From Rebecca billardiae RCC1528 (taxonomy: Eukaryota > Protista > Haptophyta), in assembly GCA_965240325.2 (NCBI GenBank), contig OZ251240.1, positions 1,178,001 to 1,242,000 on the forward strand: a DNA stretch of 64,000 bases, written 5' to 3'. Shown in pieces: positions 1-9,428 of the stretch; the stretch's first letter is position 1, and every line of letters begins with the position of its first letter. The notes below the pieces were generated by a model. The model saw nothing but the letters and a program-made list of their open reading frames with translations, did not search any database and had not been told where the DNA came from. The position numbers and the translations under genes are program-made.

Positions 1-1684
1 CGCGCTCGGCTCGCGGCCGATGCTGCCGAAGCTTGTCGTCTTCCGCGAGGGCGAGCCGACGGACTACGGCTCGGCGGCGGCGGCGCGCAAGCGGACGTCG
101 GGAGACGACGGCGAGGCCGACGCCGACGCGACCCTCATGGCCGCGAGCGTCGGGCTGCCCACCAGCGCGAAGGAGCTGACGAGCGCGGTCCTTGCAGAGT
201 GGGCGCGGCCGACGGTGCAGACACTCCGCACGGCCAAGCAGACCGAGCGATTCCTTCACCTGGACACGTGGGCGGCGCAGCACGCGACGGACGAGCCGAC
301 GCGCGTGGTCGGCTTCTTCCCCGACACGCCCGACGTGCGCGAGTCCGAGCGCTACCGCGCCTTCCGCGCGGCGGCGAAGCGGCTGCAGTCGATGATTTCC
401 TTTGGCGAGTGTTTTGATCAATCGCTTCAGGCGAAATTCCTCGGCACGGCGGCGGAGCGGCCGGTGGTGCAGGTGGTGAAGGCGTCTAAGGCGGAGCGCA
501 AGCTGCAGTTCGGCGGGCGGTGGACGGCGCGCGTCCTCGCCCGCTTCGTCGCCTCGCACAGGGGCGACCTCGTCACAGACGTGAACTCGCAAGACGCGTT
601 CACAGATGCGCTGAGCGGCGGCTTCCCGGCCTTCCTGCTCCTGATGCCGGACGAGTACGAGGAGCGCCTCGACGCGATCATGCCTGAGTTCAAGGCGACG
701 GTGCGCGCGCGGCATGGCGCCCCCTCGCCCCCCCCCGGGCGCGCGCGCCGTGCGGCGGAGCCCGGGGCGCGGGCCGTGTCTCGCGCGCCGAACCGCCCGC
801 CGCGCCCCTGCGTGCGCTCCTGACCCCCTGCCGTGCCCTGGCTGCCGCGTGCGCGCTCGAACTGCTCGCGCGCGCGCGCGCGCTCCCGACCGACCGTCGT
901 CGTCCCACGAGCGCAGGCGACGCGCTTCCGCGACCGCATCACCTTCATCTTCGGCTTCAAGGACACCGACCCTTGGCCTGCTCTGATGCAGTCGCTCGGT
1001 CTGCCGCGCGACGCGCACGGCGCTTTTATGGTGTTCCTTGGGCAGGGCGAGAGCCTGTACGGGCACGACTGGGGGACGGCGTGGCTGCCGTCGGTCGCGC
1101 TGGGCGGCGGCATGCAGTTCGGGCTGTACGAGATGAGCGCGCAGCCGCCGGACTCGGCCCACCTGATCACGCGCGAGACGATGGACGGCCTCGTCGAGAA
1201 GTTTCTGGAAACTGCCGACGCGGCCGCGCGCGCCGACGGCGTTCCGGACGAGCGCTCGGAGCCGGAGGCGGCGGAGCTCTTCGTGCCGGCGGGCGCGGCG
1301 GCGGGCGCGGGCGCCGGGGCGGGCGCGCCGGAGGGCGGCGGCGTGCGCGCCGCTGAGTGCGCGGCGGACGGGAGCTGCGTCGACACCGCCGCCGGCGCGG
1401 CCGAGCCCAGCGCCGCGGGCGCCGACGAGGCGGGCGGTGCCCAGCGCAGCACAATCACGACCGCCCCGACGCGCTCCGAGCGCGACGAGGTGAAGGCCCT
1501 GCTGCAGAAGCGCATCAAGGCGCTGGAGGGCCAGCTGCAGGGTGCGCGCGAGAAGGGCGCGCAGCAGCTGCACGCGCTCGCGAGCGCGGTGCGCAGCGCG
1601 GCGCCCGAGCTGGACTTGGCGGCGGTCGCGCGCGACGCCGGGCTGGAGCCAGCGGCGCTCGGCCTCGCCGACAGCTCGGCTTGA
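1..1684 (+). CDS. Thioredoxin-fold (PDI b/b'-like, non-catalytic) protein, 5'-partial; intron 701-916
   Basis: ORFs 20..823 and 833..1684 join in phase 0 across GTGCGC(701)...GCGCAG(916), giving EFKAT|ATRFRDRITFIF. Segments VVGFF...FRAAAKRL..ISFG and PAFLLL resemble PDI b/b' domains. No CxxC seen; C-terminal coiled-coil-like segment. Confidence 0.55.
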
Positions 1685-2096
1685 ATCGCGAGTACAGGGC
1701 GCCGTTGGCGCGAGCGCTCATCCGCGTCTGCTGCTCTGCAGTGCGTCGCGGCTCTCGCACCGCGAGGGCTCCGGCCCTGCCTCCGACCTCCGCGGTCCGC
1801 CTCCGGCCGCGGCATCACGACGTCGAGTGCTACTGTTCGCTCGAGGTGACCGCCGTGACTGGGTCGCCTGGTTGCGGTGGTCGCCGTCGTACTCGACGTA
1901 CTCCTGTCTCCTGCTGAATTGAGAGATGAGTGCCGTCGTGCGCCTGATGACCTGCTTATCGTGGGCATTCCATAGTAGTGTGATCGGAGGTGCTACAGGC
2001 TAACTAGTGACTAAGGTCTAAGCCCGTCAGTGCGGGAGTGATTTGAGCCATAGCTGTGTGAACAAAGTGATGACGAATAATATATATATATATATA

Positions 2097-2342
2097 TTAA
2101 CGACGTGGTATGCAACGGGCAGGCGTCCGAAGAGTCAGCAAGCTGTAGCGGCAGATCGAGCAGCAGAGACAAACACCAGGATCAGCGCTCCTCGCCGTCG
2201 TCCCCCCCCCTCGTAGTCGCCCATCACTCCATCGCCGAGCGGAAGCTCGACGCACCGTCTGGCGTCGACGCGCGCGCGCCACCGCGGTGGTCGCGGTGCC
2301 ACGCGTCGTCAGCCGTCGTCTCGAAGCAGTCGTCGTACGCAG
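2097..2342 (-). mobile_element. 5'-truncated 3' end of CRE-like non-LTR retrotransposon
   Basis: Reverse complement matches 47644-47885 (YDDxFETTADDAWHRD...SAME* plus 3'UTR ending GCCCGTTGCATACCACGTCGTTAA); abuts (TA)n at 2079-2097. Confidence 0.75.
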
Positions 2343-2350
2343 ATATGTGT

Positions 2351-4333
2351 AAACTTTTCTGAGGATAGCGCACCAGCAATTTCCCTTGACCGCCATCGGG
2401 GCCGAAGTGGCGCAAAATGGCGGTTGCCCCGTTTGGGCGCCCTTCCGCGCCTTCGAGCGGCTCGTGCGCGTCGGGAAGTGCGCCAAAGCGTATCCGGAGC
2501 ATGCTCCATCGCCGAGTCGCACCGCTGGGCCCTCGCATGCGAGCCCACGCCGACGTCTGAGTGCGCCTCGCTGCGCACGGTACAGCTTGACGGTACACGG
2601 CACGATTCGGCCCGCGAGCAGCCTCGTGCGCGCGACCGAGCCAGAGGTGGTCTTCGAGAGTAGCACGAGCGGCGGCACACGAGCCGGGCTGGTCGTTGCC
2701 GAATATCTGACGCACCAATCGACCTCGCCCAGCGCCATCTGCTCGTTTGTGCACGTGTTGGAAAGGATGAGCAGCTGCGTGCAAACGCCCAGCGCGCAGA
2801 TGAAGCATGGGCGAGCGAAGGGGCGGCGAGGGCCGGCGCGTGCGCGCGCGTAAATTCGAGACTCCCCATACGCATCGAAACACACCGCGCTCGCTCGTCG
2901 AGCTGCGCACGGGTATCGGTGCGCGCGCGCCAACGCGGCGCGCCGTGCTCGCGCCTGGCGGGTGCACACCTGCTTGCGCGCGCACGCGTGCGTGATGGAC
3001 CGAGGAGGTCGCGCGAGCATGCGCGATGTGTCTGGATGGAGCGTGTAGGAGGTGTAGGCTGCGCTCCGCACGCACTCCGCCACCGTGCAGCGCGCTGCCC
3101 CTCGCCCACGCGGTCGCCGCCGAGCCCAGATTCAAACGCGTGCGAGCGCTCGAGCGCACCTCCGAGCAGCAGTCGCAGCTATCGTGTCGAAGGCGTGGCG
3201 AGAGGCAGGTGTGCATGGCAAGTAGCGCCATGGTGGTGCCCATCACGCGCACACACTCGCGCACGCTCGCCGCACCACCTCGTCGCGCCCACGTGCAGCG
3301 CGCGGGGCGCGCTTCGCGCCCGGAGCAGCTGCCGAGCGGCTCCCGCGCGCAGTGCGCGCGTCGAGTAGGGCTCAGCCAATGGTCCGAGGGCGAGCCGCCC
3401 GAGCGTCGTGCGTGACGCACATGGACCTAGTACAACGCCGCGTACCACTCGCTGCCACCATAGGGCCCGTACCAGCGAGCTGTGGCCGCCGCAGACACCC
3501 AAAAGCTGCCCAACGGTCAGCGCGCGACAGCCGACGAGCGCCCGACGCGCGCGTCCACCACCGTGATGAGCACGGACGAGCGCGCGCGCCCGTGTCGTAG
3601 CTCAGGTGGGGTCCCCCGATCGCACGCACCACCGCGCTGCCACGCCTTCGACCATCTTGTGTCACCATGTGGCCGCTCGCCGCTCGCGCCGAGCGGCTGG
3701 CGGCGCAGCTGCACGACCGGCAAACAGTCAGCGCGCGGCAAGGGTGGAGTCCGGCGAGGGTCGGCCGGACTGTCCGGCGCCACCAAGGTGGACCACGTGG
3801 TGGTCACCGGCGCGCTCGTCACCACGCTCGAGGCCATGGAGGCCGCCCACGAGCAGAAATGCTCACTGCATCTGCCTGTGCAGTGCCTTTGCAGTGCTCC
3901 TTTGCGCGCGCACGCAGCGGCGAAGAGCGAAAGCGTTTAGCGCGACATAGTCCGGGGCTCAAGGGTACCATCATCAGAGAATGGAATGCGCGCAAAGGTC
4001 GCGCTAAACAAATTTCGTGTCGCCCGTGCCGCGCGCGCGCAAGCACGGCCAATGCGGCTCCTTGCACATCTGCTGCAGATCGGCTCGTGCGCGACGAGCG
4101 CAGCGAGGAGGAAGGTGCGCGCTCGCGAGCTGGCGCACCTGGGAGTCCTCGCGGCCTCCGAGCAGAAAGAGCGCGTCGAGCGCCGCGCCGCAGGTCGCAC
4201 GGTCGCGATCTCGCGAGAGCGGTCGTGCGACGACGGGCCACTCCATCGCGCGTTTCGCCGTCTGAACGCGGCCTCCGTAAAATCCGGATGGCGGTCAAGG
4301 GAAATTGCTGGTGCGCTATCCTCAGAAAAGTTT
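2351..4333. mobile_element. Non-autonomous ~2-kb TIR element, copy 1
   Basis: 47-bp TIR AAACTTTTCTGAGGATAGCGCACCAGCAATTTCCCTTGACCGCCATC at 2351-2397 and its reverse complement at 4287-4333; TA at both ends; diverged second copy at 48838-50801; no recognisable transposase. Confidence 0.85.
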
Positions 4334-4344
4334 AATCATATATA

Positions 4345-4368
4345 GCCCGTTGCATACCACGTCGTTAA
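4345..4368 (+). mobile_element. 24-bp extreme 3' tip of the CRE-like LINE
   Basis: GCCCGTTGCATACCACGTCGTTAA identical to 47862-47885, with TA dinucleotide runs on both sides. Confidence 0.6.
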
Positions 4369-4498
4369 TATATATGAACATGCAATACAGCATGCACGGT
4401 ATTATTATGAATAATATTTTAATATTGTTTATTTACAGGTCGATCTGTACGTACCGGTCGGTACGTGGCATCATGCGACGTATTCATGGCCACGCGGC

Positions 4499-4617
<119 letters not shown>

Positions 4618-5092
4618 TATTCACAGGTGAATTTACGCTGTGCACACCGCTGGCGCTGATGGATGCGCTGATGGCAAGTGATCTGAATCAAGTCCAAGAC
4701 CAAGACTCAAGAGCCGCCGGCCGGCCGCCGAGCACCGTCACTCCAAGCGTTCTCAGCAAGCCCAACCGCGTATGACTATGCTCGGTGACGCGGCAACGCG
4801 CCACTCACCTGTTGCGCCGGTCTGCGGTTGTGCGGGCGGTGTCCATCTTAGTCGTCAATAACTGTTTCAAGTAAATTGGTAGTGGCGGGAAAATCGCCGC
4901 GTCCCGCCCGGACCAAGGGACGTCACCTGTCTGGTACTCTCCTCCGGACTGCGCCGCCATCGTTACTCGGCGGGCACAGCCCTGACAAAGTGCGATGGCG
5001 GAGAGTACCACTACCAGCCAGGGACGTCATCGCGTGTCCGCGCGGCGTGAAGCTGAGTGACGCCCGGCCTCTGACCCGGGTCAGCCGCCATC

Positions 5093-6961
5093 ATGCTCTC
5101 GCCCGCGCAAGAGGTCGACGTCGCGGCGATCGAGCGGCTGCCGCCGTTCGTGTACGGCCGCGACGGCGAGGTGGGCATCGGCCGAGAGGGCGTGGTCTTC
5201 GTCGGCCTCAAGGCGCAGCCCTACCTCAACGGCGACGTCGGCCTGATCACCAGCCCGCCCGAGGCAGAGACCGGCCGCATTGGCGTGAAAGCGTACTACC
5301 GTGCGCGCGGCATCCGCGCAGACCAGCACGAGAACGAGGTGCGCGTGGTCTCGATCAAGCCGGCGAACCTGCGCTCGATCAAGGCCGTGCGCGACGCCGG
5401 GCTCTGGCCGCTGCCCGCCCTCGTGCCCACGCCCGAGCTCAGCGTGCACGAGGCCATGGCGCTGGAGGGCGCGGCAGGCTGCTACATGCGCGCGTGGGCG
5501 ATCATGCGCGTGGCCAACCTGCCGTTCGAGCGCTTGGGCGGCGTCTTCGGGCCGAAGCAGCGCATCATCTTCAACGGCAGCAAGCGCGCCGACAAGGCCG
5601 CCAAGCGCGCGGGCGACGACGGCGCCGACGCGGCCGCCGCCGACGGCACGCTGGGCAGCGCCGACCGCGTGCGCACCGCGGCGGGCGACTGTCTGCACGT
5701 GATCAGCGAGAGCCTGTCGGTGGGCCCGCACTACTTCTTCGACTACCGCGAGCCCACGCCCGTCGGGCCCGAGGCGATGGCCTTCCTCATCTCGCGCCTC
5801 TCCAAGGCCGGCCGGTCGAAGCTCGACGGCGCGCTGCGGCCGCTGATCGACGCGGTCGGTGACGACCCGTCTTGGGCGTGGGAGCCGATGCGCGAGCGGT
5901 TCACGGCGTATCGCAACGTGGTGTGCACGACGCCGTGGTGGCACTCCGCCGCGTCCGGCCAGTGCATCCCGTGCCTCCACCGCCTGCTCGACGCCGGGCG
6001 CGACCCGAGTGTCTTCCTCAGCGGCTACCCACTGGCGCAAGCGGCGATCGCCGGCGCGCTCAACGGTGTGGCCTTCTGCCTGCTGAACGGCTCGCGCGTG
6101 AACGTGGCGCCGGAGTACCGCGCGTACTTCCCCGACGGGTGCACGCCGCTGCACCACGCGGCGAACTTCAGCGGCGCGCGCCTGTCGGGCACCACCGTCT
6201 TCGACCAGCACGACTCGCCGAGCGTGCACGCCACCGCGGCGCTCTCCATCTGCATGCTCGCGTCCTCAGGTGCCGAGCTGGACTGCAAGGACCAGGCGGG
6301 CTTCACGCCGACGGTCGCGGCTCTGTCGCTCGGCCACGTCGCCGCGCTTAAGACGCTGCTCCAGCTCGGCTCGAAGCCGTGGAAGTCCGGCCTCCCGCGC
6401 AGCGTGGGCGTGAGCGTCACCCAGTTCGCCGAGAAGATGATTGACGAGCCACCTCCGTCGCGCGCGACCGTTCGCAAGATGCGGCAGAACATGCCGTGTG
6501 TGCGCTGCCTCGGGCCGATGGATCCGCCGAGCGCCGCGCCGCGCGCGCGCGCGGCCGCGCGGCCGTCGTGCTTGTACTGCAACGCCGAGCCGCCCGAGCG
6601 CGGCGGCGCCGCGCACTTCTTTTGCGAGCGGTGCAACTGCGCCGTGTGCGAGACGTGCGTCGAGACGCATCTGCATGGGACCACTCCGAGCCACCACGCG
6701 AACCGGACGCTCGCCGCCCGGATCCTGCTGGACGCGATCCGGACCGGGCGGCTGCGGCACACGTGCTGCAACGGCGAGTGCGGCAAGACCGAGAAGGAGA
6801 GCGGAAAGTTCCCGCGCTGCCAGCGCTGTGGCATCGCGCGCTTCTGCTCCAAGGAGTGCCTGAAGGCGGCGTGGCCGCGGCACCGGCTCGCGTGCCGCGC
6901 GGCGGCGGACGTGCGAAGCGCCGACGGCGGCGCGGCCGACGCGGCGGCCGCCCAGGGCTGA
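5093..6961 (+). CDS. Ankyrin-repeat and zinc-finger MYND domain protein (intronless)
   Basis: Ankyrin motifs GCTPLHHAA and GAELDCKDQAGFTPTVAA; Cys-rich CLYC..FCERCNCAVCETC..H; C-terminal MYND C..ECGK...RCQRCGIARFCSKECLKAAWPRHRLAC. Confidence 0.85.
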   Translation: MLSPAQEVDVAAIERLPPFVYGRDGEVGIGREGVVFVGLKAQPYLNGDVGLITSPPEAETGRIGVKAYYRARGIRADQHENEVRVVSIKPANLRSIKAVRDAGLWPLPALVPTPELSVHEAMALEGAAGCYMRAWAIMRVANLPFERLGGVFGPKQRIIFNGSKRADKAAKRAGDDGADAAAADGTLGSADRVRTAAGDCLHVISESLSVGPHYFFDYREPTPVGPEAMAFLISRLSKAGRSKLDGALRPLIDAVGDDPSWAWEPMRERFTAYRNVVCTTPWWHSAASGQCIPCLHRLLDAGRDPSVFLSGYPLAQAAIAGALNGVAFCLLNGSRVNVAPEYRAYFPDGCTPLHHAANFSGARLSGTTVFDQHDSPSVHATAALSICMLASSGAELDCKDQAGFTPTVAALSLGHVAALKTLLQLGSKPWKSGLPRSVGVSVTQFAEKMIDEPPPSRATVRKMRQNMPCVRCLGPMDPPSAAPRARAAARPSCLYCNAEPPERGGAAHFFCERCNCAVCETCVETHLHGTTPSHHANRTLAARILLDAIRTGRLRHTCCNGECGKTEKESGKFPRCQRCGIARFCSKECLKAAWPRHRLACRAAADVRSADGGAADAAAAQG

Positions 6962-7240
6962 GCGTACTCTGCGCAGCCGGCGCCCCGCCCGAGGCTTCGT
7001 CGGCGCGGCGGTCGGTGGCCGCGCAGGCCGGCCACCGGTGCCCTCGGCCAGCTCGGGCTCGGGGTCCGAATAAAGCACTAGCAGCCTGGATATTCATCGT
7101 GATTCGTGGAGTATAAGTTACAGATCCGATCAGTAACTCGTCCGATTTTATGTCATTAGACTCATCAGTCTCACATTCGGTTCTGCCTGATGAGATGATG
7201 AACCGTATGTCTATGATGAAGCGCGGCGCATAAAATTTTA

Positions 7241-7244
7241 ATAC

Positions 7245-7335
<91 letters not shown>

Positions 7336-7405
7336 GTACAATCACTACTACTACTACTCTACTACTAGCGCTAGCTACTACTACTATAATATTACTAATA
7401 CTAAT
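7241..7405. repeat. (TA)n + (TAC)n microsatellite
   Basis: Seen directly. Confidence 0.95.
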
Positions 7406-7808
7406 ACAGCCCCTGCTGTTCCGTCACTCCGCGTCAGACCGCGGACACTCGTCGAGTTCGCCAGTCAGACAGAGGTCAGAGCAAGCCCGTCGGCGTCGCG
7501 TAGCTTATTATAATCAATAACGGCTCCGGGCTGCACACGACGGCGGGGCAGGGCTCTGGGCTGGGGACGCAAGCATACCCAGTGTCACAGTGTGCATCCG
7601 CCAATGGCAATGCGGTGTCCTGGGAGTGCACGAGGGTCCGTCCGCCGATGTTTCTGCGGCGCACACATGTCTCGCGACCGACACTTGGCTTGCCCGACCC
7701 TCGTTTTATTAATACGGCTTTCTCCGCGCCCTTGTTTTGCGCTTGAAGATCGGGCGCATTCGGATTATTTCGGATTTCGGGCCATGTCGCAGCGGCACCG
7801 TGCACACG

Positions 7809-8969
7809 ATGGCGGCGGGGAATCGCCTCGCTCGCGCCCTTGTGGTGGTGGTGTGCGCACCCCTTCTGGGCGTGTGCTACAAGAAGGGTCCCCCGCCAGT
7901 GTCGCCGATGAGTTGCTTGCCCACCAACAAGTCAGCCATCTTCCGCCAAATCGCTCGTCCACAGGCCGACGCGGACCGCGTGGACCCTCTTTCTGGCGAG
8001 CCGTGGATTGATATCGGATTCTTCGACACGCGCAAGGGCATCGACGCGCGTACTCTCCGACAAGCCGCGGCTGGATTCAACACGAGCAGCCGCGTGCGCT
8101 TCCACTTGCTGCTCCTCTTCCCGCAGCCCGTGCCCGGCTTCAACATCGTGCAGATCCAGTTTCCGAAGTACGGACGTTGCCTGTACGGCCTCATGAGCAA
8201 GCTGGCCCACGGCCCAGGCCCGCAGTACCTGTACAAGCCCCTGGCGCACATGTTCATGCCGGCGAATATATCCCGTCTCATCTTGGTGGACGCCGACGTC
8301 CTCATGGTGGGTGATGTGACCGAGCTGTACGCCGAGTTTGACCGCATGGGCCCAGACGCAGTGCTCGCGGTGGCTCGCGAGCAAACCTTCGTCTACAATC
8401 CTCACGTTGGCCTCAACGGCGGCGTGCAGCTGCTCGATCTGGACAAGATGAGGTCGAGCACTGCCTACCACGAGGCCGTCGACTGGGTCGCGACGGGCCG
8501 CTATGGGAAGTGGATCGGCTTCCTCGGTGACCAGACGTTGTATGTCTGGCTGCATGCCATGCATCCGGCAATGGTGCACATCCTCCCGTGCCGCTGGAAT
8601 CGGCAGCTCAGCAGCCAGCCCAAGTTCGTCAACCAGACGCTCCACGCGTGCTCGGAACGATGCGGTATCCTGCACGCCAACGAAGCTCATGTGAAGTGTG
8701 TTGCGCACTCCATGGCTTACACAAATCGTTCGTGCACAGCGTGGAACACTTTTCAGGAGCGCATGGGCACTCCCGAGCTGAATTGTCCGTACAGCAAGAG
8801 GCAGAAGAACTCCAACCTGAGGCGCCATCACGCCCTACGCCTGCAGGTTGCCATCAGGGCCTACTTCGCCGACTGCTGTATTCCCGATGGCTCGCCGGAT
8901 ACCAAGCACATCGACCCTAGGCTACCGCCCTGGCGCAGGCAGACGACTGACATGAGCCGCATCGCGTGA
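7809..8969 (+). CDS. Glycosyltransferase family 8 (xylosyltransferase GXYLT/XXYLT/LARGE-like), type II membrane or secreted
   Basis: N-terminal hydrophobic segment; YKPL; RLILVDADV (DxD); LNGGVQLLDL; GDQT; LPCRWNRQL; ILHAN. Intronless. Confidence 0.85.
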   Translation: MAAGNRLARALVVVVCAPLLGVCYKKGPPPVSPMSCLPTNKSAIFRQIARPQADADRVDPLSGEPWIDIGFFDTRKGIDARTLRQAAAGFNTSSRVRFHLLLLFPQPVPGFNIVQIQFPKYGRCLYGLMSKLAHGPGPQYLYKPLAHMFMPANISRLILVDADVLMVGDVTELYAEFDRMGPDAVLAVAREQTFVYNPHVGLNGGVQLLDLDKMRSSTAYHEAVDWVATGRYGKWIGFLGDQTLYVWLHAMHPAMVHILPCRWNRQLSSQPKFVNQTLHACSERCGILHANEAHVKCVAHSMAYTNRSCTAWNTFQERMGTPELNCPYSKRQKNSNLRRHHALRLQVAIRAYFADCCIPDGSPDTKHIDPRLPPWRRQTTDMSRIA

Positions 8970-9428
8970 AGACGTGATCGGGTATCACGAGTCGACAGTC
9001 GTGGTGCTGTATATATTGACATTGTCATCGCGGACAGCGCTGCGCCCCCCTGCAGCAGACTATATAATAAATCGATCATCAGTATATCATCGTCGCAGCA
9101 GTATACCGTGCGCCGACTCGGTTAACAGATGAGTAATAGCACTGCAGCTATGAGTATGTATATATATATATATCATCAGATATACTGATGCGATGCTGCT
9201 GATGCTGCGCCGCGTCCGCCGCGTCGTCTGACACTTCGATTCCACATCTTGAGTGACGACGCGCACGTACGCGCACAGCCTTCTTCTTCCGAATGCTGAC
9301 TGATGAACGTGATGATGGCGCCCGCTGTTCGGCCGATCGGCGCGCCATGCCGCAACGCACGGCCAGCCAGTGGCGCGGCGTGCGCGAGCGCGCGCGCGCG
9401 TCGGCGCAAAACAACCTCGGCGCTGAGC

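Noticed and set aside
427-1968. Numerous long Arg/Ala/Pro-rich overlapping or antisense ORFs throughout the window
   Set aside because: Shadow ORFs expected at this GC content; no domain motifs.
2386-4335. Transposase within the 2-kb TIR element
   Set aside because: No DDE, YR or HUH motifs recognised in any listed frame of either copy.
2097-4368. 24-bp outer inverted repeat suggesting one larger composite transposon
   Set aside because: Both arms are the 3' tip of the CRE-like LINE found elsewhere in the window; two independent, oppositely oriented insertions explain it more simply.
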